A DNA stretch of 64,000 bases from an uncultured Chitinophagales bacterium (GCA_964358705.1 CAYHPL010000012.1:39247-103246); one strand, 5' to 3'; positions 1 to 10,708 are shown, counted from the first letter of the stretch. Notes: generated from the sequence alone by a model not told the origin. Program-made: numbers and translations.

Positions 1-1028
1 TGCTGACAGGAGTTACAGAAATGAAGCCGCGCTGGAAACGTATTCTTGAAACGGTGGATGGAGAAATCGGTGAAGCGCTCGGAGAGTTGTACGTGCAGAA
101 AGCATTCGGCGGCAATGCAAAAATGCGCGCGAAAGAAATGGTAGAAAATCTTCGCAAAGCATTGCACGAACGCATTCAAAATCTTGAATGGATGAGCAAA
201 GAAACCAAAAAGCAGGCAATACGAAAACTCGAAGCGTTTGGCGTAAAGATTGGCTATCCGGATAAGTGGCGCGATTATTCTTCTCTTGAAATCACCCGCG
301 ATTCGTATGTAAAAAATGTGATACGTGCAGAGCAATTTGAATTTAAACGTAACCTTGCGCAAATAGGAAAACCTGTTGACCGCAATGAATGGGGAATGAC
401 GCCGCCGACAGTAAATGCATATTACAATCCTTCGATGAATGAAATAGTTTTTCCTGCAGGAATTTTACAGCCGCCGTTTTTCGATGCGAATGCTGATGAC
501 GCAATTAATTATGGTGGAATCGGTGCAGTAATCGGACACGAAATGACGCACGGTTTTGATGACCAGGGAAGAAAATTTGATGCGGATGGAAATTTAAAAG
601 ATTGGTGGACAGAAGATGATGCGAAAAATTATATTGAGCGTTCATCAGTTATCGAAAAGCAATTCAATGAATACGTCGGCATTGATACGATTCACGTGAA
701 CGGAAAATTAACACTTGGCGAAAATACTGCCGACCTTGGCGGATTGACGGTAGCATTTGCTGCGTTTAAAAATGCGCAAGGAATAAATAAGCGAGTGGAA
801 ATGATTGATGGATTTACACCCGAACAGCGATTCTTTCTTTCGTGGGCGCAGGTGTGGCGGCAAAATATCCGCGACGAAGCATTGCGTTTGCGTTTGAATA
901 CCGACTCACATTCGCCCGGACGATTTCGCGGATTTGGTCCGTTGACGAATATGGATGAATTTCAGAAAGCATTCAATATTCCTGATGGTTCAGTAATGAT
1001 TCGCAAAGAGCGTGCGAAAATCTGGTAA
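1..1028 (+). CDS. M13 family zinc metallopeptidase (PepO/neprilysin-like), C-terminal part. The gene starts upstream of the window.
   Basis: Frame is open back to position 3 with no stop. It contains HEMTHGFDDQG (HExxH), the NAYYNP..NEIVFPAGILQ block and a GENTADLGG motif typical of M13 peptidases. Terminator hairpin lies downstream at 1051-1083. Confidence 0.8.
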   Translation, partial: LTGVTEMKPRWKRILETVDGEIGEALGELYVQKAFGGNAKMRAKEMVENLRKALHERIQNLEWMSKETKKQAIRKLEAFGVKIGYPDKWRDYSSLEITRDSYVKNVIRAEQFEFKRNLAQIGKPVDRNEWGMTPPTVNAYYNPSMNEIVFPAGILQPPFFDANADDAINYGGIGAVIGHEMTHGFDDQGRKFDADGNLKDWWTEDDAKNYIERSSVIEKQFNEYVGIDTIHVNGKLTLGENTADLGGLTVAFAAFKNAQGINKRVEMIDGFTPEQRFFLSWAQVWRQNIRDEALRLRLNTDSHSPGRFRGFGPLTNMDEFQKAFNIPDGSVMIRKERAKIW

Positions 1029-1050
1029 CAGAACAGAATGTATATGGCAA

Positions 1051-1083
1051 AGAGCGAAATAATTTTTTCGCTCTTTTTTTTTC
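1051..1083 (+). terminator. Rho-independent terminator after the M13 peptidase gene
   Basis: Stem agagcgaaa/ttcgctct (1051-1059 and 1067-1074) followed by a T9 run at 1075-1083. Confidence 0.6.
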
Positions 1084-1152
1084 TACAAAATTACTTGTCA
1101 ATATTTCGGTTGTGTATGTTCGCAATGCTGTGTAATTTTAATCAAAAATTTT

Positions 1153-2190
1153 ATGCTCACCAACGAAACAATGTATAACGCCCTGCTGCGAAAAGATAGT
1201 TCGTACGAAGGAATATTTTTTGCCGCAATTACCACAACAGGAATTTTCTGTCGTCCCACCTGCACGGCACGAAAACCGAAAAAGGAAAATGTCCTTTTCT
1301 TTTCCACAACAACTGAAGCGTTGCAGAGCGGATATCGTCCGTGCAAGGTTTGTTATCCGTTAGAAAAGTTAGGAGAAACTCCGGCGCCGATAAAAAAGAT
1401 TCTGCGGGAAATCGGCAGTAATCCGCTCACTAAAATTTCCGATGAAGAAATTCGTGCGCGTGGCATTGAACCGAATGCGATGCGGCGATGGTTCAAGAAA
1501 AATTATGGCGCAACATTTCAATCGTATCAGCGAATGTTGCGGATGAATCTCGCGCTGAAAAAACTGAACGAGGGCGAAAATGTTTCTTCCGTTGCTTTCG
1601 ATGCGGGATATTCTTCCCTGAGCGGATTCACCGATTCATTCAAAGCGATTGTCGGAGTTTCTCCATCGCAGAGTAAAACAACAAATCTCATACACTCTAT
1701 TCGCCTCGAAACGCCGCTTGGTCCGATGATTGCGTGCGCAACAGAAAAAGGAATTTGCTTGCTGGAATTTTCCGACAGAAGAATGCTTGCAACGCAATTG
1801 AAAACACTGATGCGCTCATTCGATGCGAAAATTATTCACGGCGCAAACAAACACATCGAAATGTTACAGCAGCAACTTGAAGAATATTTTGAAGGGAAGA
1901 GAAAGAAATTTACTCTGCCGTTACTCACGCCGGGGACAGATTTTCAGCAATCGGTGTGGAAGGAATTGCAGAATATTTCGTACGGAACGACGCGCTCCTA
2001 TAAACAGCAGGCGCTCGCTTTGGATAAGGGAGAAGCAGTTCGCGCAGTCGCAAATGCAAACGGAATGAACAGAATTTCGATTGTGATTCCGTGTCATCGT
2101 GTAATCGGCGAAGACGGGCATTTAACCGGATACGGCGGCGGCTTATGGAGAAAAAAATGGTTGCTGGATTTGGAGAAGAAAAATTTGTAA
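1153..2190 (+). CDS. ada: Bifunctional Ada-like protein: N-terminal Ada zinc methylphosphotriester-repair domain, AraC-type HTH, and C-terminal O6-methylguanine-DNA methyltransferase
   Basis: N-terminal FCRPTCTARKPKKENV Cys cluster (Ada Zn domain). AraC HTH region in the middle. C-terminal IPCHRVIG active-site motif (PCHR) of MGMT/Ogt. Confidence 0.8.
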   Translation: MLTNETMYNALLRKDSSYEGIFFAAITTTGIFCRPTCTARKPKKENVLFFSTTTEALQSGYRPCKVCYPLEKLGETPAPIKKILREIGSNPLTKISDEEIRARGIEPNAMRRWFKKNYGATFQSYQRMLRMNLALKKLNEGENVSSVAFDAGYSSLSGFTDSFKAIVGVSPSQSKTTNLIHSIRLETPLGPMIACATEKGICLLEFSDRRMLATQLKTLMRSFDAKIIHGANKHIEMLQQQLEEYFEGKRKKFTLPLLTPGTDFQQSVWKELQNISYGTTRSYKQQALALDKGEAVRAVANANGMNRISIVIPCHRVIGEDGHLTGYGGGLWRKKWLLDLEKKNL

Positions 2191-2228
2191 TTGCTAAAGT
2201 CGGTGTTGAAATCTCTGAAAAAGCCCAT

Positions 2229-2302
2229 TTGTCATTCCGCATATAATGTGGAATCTATCAAACTTCAATTGATTCCTCCCAACTTATCGAGGGGAATGAC
2301 AA
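2229..2302 (+). terminator. Large nested hairpin (terminator-like) between ada and the DUF1569 gene
   Basis: Outer 10 bp inverted repeat ttgtcattcc (2229-2238) / ggaatgacaa (2293-2302). Inner ATTCC/GGAAT stems at 2234-2240/2248-2254 and 2250-2255/2271-2276. Followed by a T-rich tract (aataattttta..ctgatttttt). Confidence 0.35.
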
Positions 2303-2395
2303 TAATTTTTACCTGATTTTTTCAAAGTCTCTTGGTATGCATAAAATCCTCATAGAAAGTTTTTGTATTTTTCTCCAGAAAAAAAATAAACAACT

Positions 2396-2845
2396 ATGAA
2401 AAACTTATTTGAAAAAAATACGCTCACCGAAATTCTCCAGCGTTGTGAAAAACTTCAGCCATCAGCGCAACGGCAATGGGGAAAAATGGATGTTGCGCAA
2501 ATGCTCGCTCACTGTTGCGCAACAATGGAAGTCGCAACGGGACAAAAATTTCCTCCGCGCCTTTTTATCGGAAAACTCATCGGAAGATTTGCGAAGCCGT
2601 CATTTATTGGAGAGAAACCTTTTCCGCACAACAGTCCGACGGATAAAAGTTTTATAGTAACAGATGTGCGCGATTTTAAAAAGGAAAAAGAGCGATTGGT
2701 GCAATTAGTAAAGCAATTCGCAGAAGGTGGAGCAGCAAAATGTACAAAGCATCCTCATTCATTTTTCGGTTCGCTTACGCCGCAGGAGTGGAGCATCGGA
2801 ATGTACAAACATCTCGACCATCATTTGCGTCAGTTTGGCGGATAA
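2396..2845 (+). CDS. DUF1569 / DinB-superfamily-like small protein
   Basis: 149 aa with His-rich motifs (MLAHCC, HPHSFFG, HLDHHLRQFGG) characteristic of DUF1569/DinB-like four-helix bundle proteins. Confidence 0.5.
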   Translation: MKNLFEKNTLTEILQRCEKLQPSAQRQWGKMDVAQMLAHCCATMEVATGQKFPPRLFIGKLIGRFAKPSFIGEKPFPHNSPTDKSFIVTDVRDFKKEKERLVQLVKQFAEGGAAKCTKHPHSFFGSLTPQEWSIGMYKHLDHHLRQFGG

Positions 2846-2881
2846 AAATTTATTGCAATGTTTTTTCTTTGCAATAAATTT

Positions 2882-4111
2882 TTATTCGTAGCGCAATGCA
2901 TCAATCGGAACGAGATTGGCGGCTTTCCATGCGGGATACACACCGAAACCAATTCCAACAACGGAACAAATACCCAATCCAATCATTGCCCAATCGAATG
3001 GTATAATCGGCGGTGTTTCCATAAGCAATGCGGCAATGTTTCCTCCTAAAATGCCGAGCAGAACACCGATAATTCCACCGAATTCAGAAAGAATAACTGC
3101 TTCGATAATGAACTGACGGAGAATATCATTTTTGCGTGCGCCTAATGCTTTGCGGATTCCGATTTCTCTCGTGCGCTCAGTTACGGAGACGAGCATAATA
3201 TTCATAATGCCAATACCGGCGGCAAGCAATGCAATGGAAGAAATAAAAATAATTCCCCACTTCACATATTTTGTAAAATTATTGAATTGTTCGATGAGCG
3301 AATCATTCGACCAGAAAGCAAAATCATCTTCCTGATTGGGTCGTAAATGTCTGATGGTGCGAAATACATAATGCACCTGGTCATATACGTCATCGTATGT
3401 TTCGCGCGATGCGGCTTTCACCATAATATTGTAACTGCGCTCTTTCCCGAATTTATTGCGCATTGCAGTGATAGGAATTGCAATGTGATTATCCTGATTA
3501 CCTCCCATCGCGCTGCCACGCTCTTCAAATACGCCGATGACTTCAAATTTTGTTCCCTCAATGCTGATGAAATTACCGAGAGAAAAAGAATGAGGAAAAA
3601 GTTTTTTCGATACTTTTGCGCCCAGACAAATTACATTGCGCTGATGTTCAACATCATCATCAGAAATACCGCGTCCATCTTCAATCATCCAGTTATTTGT
3701 AACAAGTCCGTCGGGATTTTCGCCGTAAATTAAAACGTCGGGATTCGTTTCGGCATACTCAGATTTTAATTTTTTTCCATTCTCAAATGCTTCAATGCCG
3801 ATAAACTGCGCAAGTGTTGCTCGCTCTTTCAATTCCATCGCTTGCTCAAACGTAATGTCTTTTCTGTTGCGGAATTGCGAACGGTCTCTGCGTCCGCCTC
3901 CCATTGTGTTAGGAAATTTTTGCACCTGAAATGTATTTGCGCCTAATCCGCTCAAATCATTTTCGATGGAGCGCTGCAATACTCCCATTGCAGTCATTAC
4001 GCCAATAATAGAAAACACGCCGACAACAATACCGAGCAGCGTTAATATTGAACGGAGTTTATTGGTTCGGATTGCGGTAAATGCGATGCCGAGAACTTCC
4101 TGAAAAAGCAT
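2882..4111 (-). CDS. ABC transporter permease, FtsX/MacB family (efflux)
   Basis: 409 aa. N-terminal TM helix, large periplasmic domain, C-terminal FtsX 4-TM region ending in ...DALRYE. Paralogue of the next gene. Confidence 0.8.
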   Translation of the reverse strand: MLFQEVLGIAFTAIRTNKLRSILTLLGIVVGVFSIIGVMTAMGVLQRSIENDLSGLGANTFQVQKFPNTMGGGRRDRSQFRNRKDITFEQAMELKERATLAQFIGIEAFENGKKLKSEYAETNPDVLIYGENPDGLVTNNWMIEDGRGISDDDVEHQRNVICLGAKVSKKLFPHSFSLGNFISIEGTKFEVIGVFEERGSAMGGNQDNHIAIPITAMRNKFGKERSYNIMVKAASRETYDDVYDQVHYVFRTIRHLRPNQEDDFAFWSNDSLIEQFNNFTKYVKWGIIFISSIALLAAGIGIMNIMLVSVTERTREIGIRKALGARKNDILRQFIIEAVILSEFGGIIGVLLGILGGNIAALLMETPPIIPFDWAMIGLGICSVVGIGFGVYPAWKAANLVPIDALRYE

Positions 4112-4188
4112 AAAAAAATTATAAGTTAAAAATTGTGAGTCAAGAGTTTTATGAACTAAAATTCTGCATTGCTTTTTGGAAAAATTAT

Positions 4189-5406
4189 TTACTCGTAGCG
4201 CAATGCATCAACGGGATCTAATTTTGAAGCTTTATTTGCAGGGAGAATTCCGGAAATCAATCCGACAACCATTGAAACAAAAAGAGAAAGCCCGACAACA
4301 GAAAGTGGCATTGCTGTGGGAAGAAATTCATTGATGAGCAAACTGAGCGGAAATGCGATGAGAATTCCCACTACGCCGCCAATCATACAAATAGTTGCGG
4401 CTTCAATGAGAAACTGGAAAAGAATTGTTCTGCGTTTTGCGCCGATTGCTTTGCGGATTCCTATTTCTTTCGTACGCTCGGTAACAGAAACAAACATAAT
4501 ATTCATTATGCCGATTGCGCCGACAAAGAGCGACATTCCTGTAATAAACAATCCGATGCCGTAAATGACAACAGCAATCTGGTCAAACGTGCGTGTGAGA
4601 AGTTCCTGCTGATTAATCGCGAAATCATCATCATCCCCTGGCTTGTTGTGCCGTACTTTTCTCATTATGCCGCGAATTTCCTCTTTCGCATCGTCAATAT
4701 TTACGCCGGGAGCAACCTTCGCCGCGATGGTTACCCACTGTCTTGTTCCAAACATATTGAAGAATTTTTTTATCGGAATCAGCACGCGATTATCAAGCGA
4801 CATTCCCAAAAAATTTCCCTGCTTTTCCAACACTGCAATAACAAGAAATGATTCACCTTTTATTTTTACCTGTTTATCAAGAGGGCTTTCGTTGCGAAAA
4901 AGTTTTTCTGCAATTTCAAATCCGAGTATAACAACCGGACGCGCTCCTTCCGCATCTTCCGCGCTGATAAATCTTCCTGTTGCAGGCGCCATGCCGCTGA
5001 CTTCGTAATATTTTTCGTCCACGCCTGCAATGAGAATATCTTCCACAGATTTTTCTCCGCGCTTAACTGTACTGCGTGTTCCACCTGTTGGTGAAACTAT
5101 GGAAATGAGTGTTGCCTGACGTTCGAGAGCATTTGCCTGAGCAAGCGTTAAATCTTTTCTGTTGCGCAATGTCCACCATTCGTTACCGGTGAACCACGGC
5201 ATTTTTTGCACGTACAACACATCTGCGCCTATTTTGGAAACACTTTCATTGAGCCAGCGATTCAATCCTTCAATTGCTGTTGCCATCAGTGTTACAGAAA
5301 CAATGCCGATAACAATGCCAAGCGTTGTCAGCATCGAACGGAGTTTATTCGCTTTGATTGCCGTGAAAGCAATTTGAAGTCCTTCAGATATTTCCCAGAA
5401 ACGCAT
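4189..5406 (-). CDS. ABC transporter permease, FtsX/MacB family (efflux), paralogue
   Basis: 405 aa with the same architecture and the C-terminal ...DALRYE motif. Confidence 0.8.
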   Translation of the reverse strand: MRFWEISEGLQIAFTAIKANKLRSMLTTLGIVIGIVSVTLMATAIEGLNRWLNESVSKIGADVLYVQKMPWFTGNEWWTLRNRKDLTLAQANALERQATLISIVSPTGGTRSTVKRGEKSVEDILIAGVDEKYYEVSGMAPATGRFISAEDAEGARPVVILGFEIAEKLFRNESPLDKQVKIKGESFLVIAVLEKQGNFLGMSLDNRVLIPIKKFFNMFGTRQWVTIAAKVAPGVNIDDAKEEIRGIMRKVRHNKPGDDDDFAINQQELLTRTFDQIAVVIYGIGLFITGMSLFVGAIGIMNIMFVSVTERTKEIGIRKAIGAKRRTILFQFLIEAATICMIGGVVGILIAFPLSLLINEFLPTAMPLSVVGLSLFVSMVVGLISGILPANKASKLDPVDALRYE

Positions 5407-5447
5407 GTAAAATTATAATTAGTACTTGAATTCTTTGCAGAAATTTT

Positions 5448-6146
5448 TTATTTCTGCTTTTCATCTTTTTCGACAAGACCATCGCGCAGACTTACAACGC
5501 GATGTGCGTGTTTTGCAATATCATGTTCGTGTGTAACCAGCACAATTGTATTTCCTTGAGCATGCAGTTCTTCAAACAGCGCCATAATTTCTTCGCCTGT
5601 TTTTGAATCAAGATTTCCTGTTGGTTCATCAGCAAGAATGATGGATGGTTTTGTTACCAATGCGCGCGCAATTGCAACACGCTGACGCTGCCCACCGGAA
5701 AGTTCATTCGGTTTATGATGTGCGCGGTCTGAAAGTCCGACATGTTCCAATGCTTCAAATGCTCTCTGGCGGCGGTCGGATTTACTGATGCCGCCGTATA
5801 TCAATGGCAATTCAACATTGTGCAGTGCATCGGAACGCGCAAGAAGATTAAATGTCTGAAATACAAACCCGATTTCTTTATTCCGGATTTTTGCAAGTTC
5901 ATTATCATTTAAATCGTGTACATTTTGGTTGTTGAGTTCATATTCACCTTTGGTCGGCGTATCAAGACAACCTATAATATTCATTAACGTAGATTTTCCT
6001 GAGCCCGACGGACCCATAATCGCAATGTATTCGTTTCGCTGAATGGAAACGCTTACGCCGCGCAAGGCATGCACTTCCTGCACTCCACCCATATCGTATG
6101 ATTTTGTAATATCCTGTAATCTGATAACGATGTTATTGCTGGTCAC
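5448..6146 (-). CDS. ABC transporter ATP-binding protein (MacB/LolD-type)
   Basis: Walker [13 protein letters not shown] signature [15 protein letters not shown], Walker [12 protein letters not shown]. Overlaps the upstream membrane-fusion protein (MFP) gene by 4 nt. Confidence 0.9.
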   Translation of the reverse strand: MTSNNIVIRLQDITKSYDMGGVQEVHALRGVSVSIQRNEYIAIMGPSGSGKSTLMNIIGCLDTPTKGEYELNNQNVHDLNDNELAKIRNKEIGFVFQTFNLLARSDALHNVELPLIYGGISKSDRRQRAFEALEHVGLSDRAHHKPNELSGGQRQRVAIARALVTKPSIILADEPTGNLDSKTGEEIMALFEELHAQGNTIVLVTHEHDIAKHAHRVVSLRDGLVEKDEKQK

Positions 6147-7444
6147 TTTTTTTCTCCGTTCATAATTTTTTTTTCGTTATCTACTTTCACTTTTGAGCCG
6201 CTTTCCAAATCGCGGTTTATTGCTTTGTAACTTCCTGAAACAACGGCATCGCTTTCACTTAATCCTTCAATAATTTCTATGAATGAATCATCGCTGATGC
6301 CTGAAGTTACATTTTGCATTTTCACTGTATCACCCGAAACAATAAAAACAACTTCCATTGGTTTATTATCTTCTTTTTTCTTCTTTGCAGAAGTTGCCTC
6401 TTCCATTTCCTCTTCGGAATCGCCGCCTTCTTTCATTTCACCCATTGGTTTTTTCATCCGCGATGTTACGCATTGAATCGGCACAGTGAGAATATTTGGT
6501 TTTGTATCTGTTTCAATTGTTGCTGTTGTTGACATTCCGGGGCGAAAATTTTCATCGCTTAATAAACGGATACGCACTTCAAAATTTGTTATTTCCTGTT
6601 GTGTGCCAAATCCCGATGTCTTTGCTGTGTTTGCAATTTCATACACTATGCCGTTGAATTTTTTTCCCGGAAATGCGTCAACTTCAAGCCGCGAAGTATC
6701 ACCAACGGTAATGGTAATTACATCTGTCTCTCCGACATCAACACGCGCTTCCATTTTCGATAAATCTGCAACGGTGAGAATATGTGTTCCCTGTGTAAAT
6801 GTGCTTCCGCTGACACGTTCGCCGACTTCACTGATAAGTTCACTTATCGTTCCTGTCATCGGTGCGAACACCGTTGTTTTGTTGAGTGATTCGTGGGAAT
6901 TTTTTAGAGATGCTTCTGCTTGTTGAATTGCAAAACGCTGACTTTCATACGATGCTTTGGAAATATCCCACGCTGTTTTTGCCGCATCCAAATCCTGCGG
7001 TGAAGCGAGTTTTTTCTCAAATAATCCTTTGATGCGATTGTAATCATTTTCCGCTTTTTTGTATTGCGCTTCCTGAATCTGCAGAGATGATTTTTGTGAG
7101 TTGACCATTGCTTCCTGCTGTGTTACCTGTGCCTGATATTGGTCAGGTTTTATGCGAACAAGCAAATCACCTTTGTTCACATGGTCTCCTTCTTTCACGG
7201 CGATTTCAATAATTTCTCCGCTCACTTCTGCATTGATTTTTACCATTTTTTCCGGTTGAATTTTTCCGATTGCGGTTACAGATTGCGTTATGGTTCGTCG
7301 CTGCGCCTTTTCTGTCTGGACGATAATTTCGGGTTTTTTGTTTTTATTCATCACCCACATCGTAACGAGTCCTGCAACGACAAGTACGATAATTGACCAG
7401 ATAATAATTTTTTTCTTCGATCGTTTTTTATTGGAATTTGCCAT
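6143..7444 (-). CDS. Efflux RND/ABC periplasmic adaptor subunit (HlyD/MacA membrane fusion protein)
   Basis: 433 aa. N-terminal TM anchor, long coiled-coil segment, and C-terminal beta-barrel/lipoyl-like region typical of MFPs. Operon position between TolC and the ABC ATPase. Confidence 0.8.
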   Translation of the reverse strand: MANSNKKRSKKKIIIWSIIVLVVAGLVTMWVMNKNKKPEIIVQTEKAQRRTITQSVTAIGKIQPEKMVKINAEVSGEIIEIAVKEGDHVNKGDLLVRIKPDQYQAQVTQQEAMVNSQKSSLQIQEAQYKKAENDYNRIKGLFEKKLASPQDLDAAKTAWDISKASYESQRFAIQQAEASLKNSHESLNKTTVFAPMTGTISELISEVGERVSGSTFTQGTHILTVADLSKMEARVDVGETDVITITVGDTSRLEVDAFPGKKFNGIVYEIANTAKTSGFGTQQEITNFEVRIRLLSDENFRPGMSTTATIETDTKPNILTVPIQCVTSRMKKPMGEMKEGGDSEEEMEEATSAKKKKEDNKPMEVVFIVSGDTVKMQNVTSGISDDSFIEIIEGLSESDAVVSGSYKAINRDLESGSKVKVDNEKKIMNGEKK

Positions 7445-7483
7445 AAATATTTTTTATAAATATAATTTCTAAAATTTGCGATG

Positions 7484-8836
7484 TTATTTTAAGATGCCGA
7501 TGGTATAATCAAATTGCTTCTTTGCGGCGATGTAACTGTACACTGCATTTACTTTATTGTTCACCGCAGATGTATAATTTGCATCTGCAATAAGTTTATC
7601 AAGAAGAGTTCCTGCGCCAAGGTTGTATTTTTCTTCTGCTATTCTTCTGTCTTCAATCGCGGAGCGAACTCCTGTCTGACTGACTTCAACTGACTTTCGT
7701 GCTGCGTCAACATCGAGCAATGCTTTTTGTATTTCTACACTTACCTGCCGCTCTTTTAAATGAACTGCTTCTTCTGCATTGCGAATTTCTATTGCTGCCT
7801 GCTGAATAGAATTATCAGTGCGGAAATTATTAAAAATCGGGTAAGACAAATTCAAGCCAAACGAAAGCGAACTGTAATCTGTGAGTTCGGATAATTTTCC
7901 TGCGCCGTATCCATACGAGCCATTCGCAGAAAGTGTTGGATAGCGAACTCCTTGCGTAATGGAAAGCGAAAGTCGTGCTGCGGACAAATTTTGTTTTGCG
8001 CTCAAATAATCAGCGCGTGTTGCAAGCGATTGCGATAAGAGTTGTGAAAAATTCTGTTGTTGCATTGCCGCAGATGAAAGTTCTGTGGAATCAATGCTTT
8101 TGGGAATTGAATTATCTGCAAACATATATTTTTCTTCTGCGCCCAACCCCAAATAAAAGACGAGTTCCAATTGTGCTTTATCAAATTCATTTTGTGTTTG
8201 TATCAAAAGCAATTCATCGTTGGAAACGATAACCTGCTGACGATACACATCTGCAATTGCAACACCGCCAAGCCGATTCGATTCTTCAATGCGTTTCAAT
8301 TGTTCTTTGCTGCGTGTAAGATTGTCTTTGCGAACCAGTAACAACTGTTCGTTCCGTAAAACATCTAAATACAATCGTATCGTTTGAAATGTTGTTGTTT
8401 GCTTCTGTCGCTCTAAAAGATTTTCCGAAGATGCAATTCCCGCATTTGCCTGTTCAATATTTGCATAATTTGCAAATCCATTGAAGAGAATGACATTTCC
8501 GCCAATATCTGCGGAATATGTGCGCGATGATGAAGTGCCGCCTGTTGAACCAAACGGTGTCGTTACTGTTGGCGATGTATTTGCGCGATAATTCCATCCT
8601 GCGGATGCATCCAGACTTGGATATAACGCTCCGCGTGCTACTGTTGCGCTGCTTTGCTGCGATGCTAATGAGTTCCGTGAAGTTATCATTTGTGTGTTTT
8701 TTTCAAGTGCAGAAGAAATTGCATCAGCAAGAGTAATTTTTTTCTCCTGCGCATTCATTGTTGCCGCGTCAAAAAAGAGAACTGCAAATAAAACGACGGA
8801 TAGTAAAATACAGCGTATATTTTTAAATATGTTCAT
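7484..8836 (-). CDS. TolC family outer membrane efflux protein
   Basis: 450 aa. Signal peptide plus two TolC-type repeats. First gene of the minus-strand efflux operon. Confidence 0.8.
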   Translation of the reverse strand: MNIFKNIRCILLSVVLFAVLFFDAATMNAQEKKITLADAISSALEKNTQMITSRNSLASQQSSATVARGALYPSLDASAGWNYRANTSPTVTTPFGSTGGTSSSRTYSADIGGNVILFNGFANYANIEQANAGIASSENLLERQKQTTTFQTIRLYLDVLRNEQLLLVRKDNLTRSKEQLKRIEESNRLGGVAIADVYRQQVIVSNDELLLIQTQNEFDKAQLELVFYLGLGAEEKYMFADNSIPKSIDSTELSSAAMQQQNFSQLLSQSLATRADYLSAKQNLSAARLSLSITQGVRYPTLSANGSYGYGAGKLSELTDYSSLSFGLNLSYPIFNNFRTDNSIQQAAIEIRNAEEAVHLKERQVSVEIQKALLDVDAARKSVEVSQTGVRSAIEDRRIAEEKYNLGAGTLLDKLIADANYTSAVNNKVNAVYSYIAAKKQFDYTIGILK

Positions 8837-8936
8837 TGATTCAGTGATTTTTTATAGAAACAAAAAGATTAGACTAAAAATTGTATATATAAGTTGCAAA
8901 GAAAATAAAATTATTTTCTTTAAAAAACTGCAGGCG

Positions 8937-10373
8937 TTAGACTGCTCGTTCGTGGAAAATTACCTCATCTTTCACCGTTAAAAGAAAACGCAATGCCGCA
9001 TCGTGATCATTTGGGATTCTTCCTTCAAGAATTTCCTCTTCTATCAACATTTTAAGTTTTCCGACAAGTTTTCCCGGTGGGATATTGCACACGCTCATTA
9101 TTTCTTCTCCCATTACGGGTGGACGCCACGCGCGCAACTGGTCGCGTTCTTCCACTTCCTTCATTTTTTCTACAACAATGTCGTAGTTATTCAGGTATTC
9201 TGCAACGCGGTCGGGATTTTGTGAAGTAATATCTGCGCGGCACAAGAGCATTAAATCATCAGTATCTTCGCCACATTCAAAAAGTAAACGGCGGATTGCG
9301 GCATCCGTAACTTCCACTTTCACCAAAACCATCGGGCGAAGATGAAGGCGCACAAGTTTTTCAACGTACGCCAAATGCTCCAGCGGCAGACGCAGTTTTT
9401 TAAAAATTCTTTTTTGCATCCGTGCACCGATTTCTTCATGTCCGTGAAATGTCCATCCGACATTTTCATCGAATGCTTTCGTGCGCGGTTTTGCAATATC
9501 GTGCATTAACGCAGTAAAACGCAGCCAGACATTTTCCGTTTGCAGCGCAATATTATCCACAACTTTCAGCGTGTGAAAAAATACATCTTTGTGATGGTAA
9601 TCTTTCCGCTGTTCCTGCCCGACCATTTGCGCAACTTCCGGAAAAATTATTTCGAGAAGTTTCGTTTTAAGAAGCAGGCGCAAACCCACAGATGGTTTTG
9701 GCGATGCAAGAATTTTAAAAAATTCATCCGTAATTCTTTCCTGCGAAATGATACTGATACGTTCGCGCATCGCACAAATCGCTTCGAATGTATTCTCTTC
9801 GATGGCAAATTGTAATTCCGAAGCAAAACGGATTGCGCGCATCATCCGCAATGGGTCGTCGCTGAATGTTGCAGATGGTTCCAGCGGCGTACGGAGAATT
9901 TTTCTTTCAATATCATCACGTCCCGAAAAGACATCAACAATTTCTCCGTAGTTTTCTTTATTCAATGAAACAGCAAGCGCATTAATTGTAAAATCACGTC
10001 GCGATAAATCTTCTTCAATTGTTCCGGTTTCTACCGATGGTTTTCGTGAATGTTGCTCGTACTGTTCTTTTCTTGCTCCGACAAATTCCACTTTTGATTC
10101 TTCGCCGTTCTTTTCCAACGGTAGATATACTTGCGCAGTGCCGAATTTTTCGAACGTTACAACATTCTTTTTTCGAAACACTTTGGCGACTTTCTTTGCA
10201 AATGCTACACCATCGCCCGTTACAACAATATCTATATCGAACTTACTGCGATTGCGTTTCATTATTGCATCGCGCACAAATCCGCCAACGACAAATGCTT
10301 GCACGCTTTCTTTATCAGCAATTTCGCCGATGCGTTTCAGTAATGGAGTGTTGGAGAGTTGGAGTTTTTTCAC
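8937..10373 (-). CDS. cca: CCA tRNA nucleotidyltransferase / poly(A) polymerase family with HD domain
   Basis: GGFVRDAIM (GGxVRD) polymerase-beta head motif near the N-terminus. HD domain with a central YHHKDVFFHTL motif. Confidence 0.75.
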   Translation of the reverse strand: MKKLQLSNTPLLKRIGEIADKESVQAFVVGGFVRDAIMKRNRSKFDIDIVVTGDGVAFAKKVAKVFRKKNVVTFEKFGTAQVYLPLEKNGEESKVEFVGARKEQYEQHSRKPSVETGTIEEDLSRRDFTINALAVSLNKENYGEIVDVFSGRDDIERKILRTPLEPSATFSDDPLRMMRAIRFASELQFAIEENTFEAICAMRERISIISQERITDEFFKILASPKPSVGLRLLLKTKLLEIIFPEVAQMVGQEQRKDYHHKDVFFHTLKVVDNIALQTENVWLRFTALMHDIAKPRTKAFDENVGWTFHGHEEIGARMQKRIFKKLRLPLEHLAYVEKLVRLHLRPMVLVKVEVTDAAIRRLLFECGEDTDDLMLLCRADITSQNPDRVAEYLNNYDIVVEKMKEVEERDQLRAWRPPVMGEEIMSVCNIPPGKLVGKLKMLIEEEILEGRIPNDHDAALRFLLTVKDEVIFHERAV

Positions 10374-10399
10374 TTGAAATTGTTTGGATTATTGAAAAA

Positions 10400-10705
10400 T
10401 CATTTGTCTTTGTTTAAAACCAATCTTCTAAGATGTTCATCAAAAGAAACTTTGTTCATTAATTTTTTGACGACCTCTCCATGTTTTTCAGTTAAATCTT
10501 TTTCTTCGACACTCCAATCAACAACTGATAAAATCTTTTCTGATTCATTGATTATATCCGTTGTTCTATGAACTGGTGCAGATGTAAAACCGACAATCAT
10601 AGTTTCAGATGGTTGATGCATTATCATTAAATATCTATCAGAACCGAAACTATTGACGAGATAATAAATTCCCTTAATCCTTGATTTTTTTATGATGGTT
10701 TTCAT
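10400..10705 (-). CDS. Hypothetical protein
   Basis: 101 aa ORF directly downstream of the RM gene fragments. It is in the same reading frame as ORF 10709-11488 and separated from it by a single TAA. Confidence 0.3.
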   Translation of the reverse strand: MKTIIKKSRIKGIYYLVNSFGSDRYLMIMHQPSETMIVGFTSAPVHRTTDIINESEKILSVVDWSVEEKDLTEKHGEVVKKLMNKVSFDEHLRRLVLNKDK

Positions 10706-10708
10706 GTC

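Noticed and set aside
2288-2304. Shared 11-mer gggaatgacaa at 2292 and 59552, considered as evidence of a repeat family
   Set aside because: An exact 11-mer shared between two sites in 64 kb (both strands) is expected many times by chance. Only the surrounding hairpin-architecture similarity is reported, at low interest.
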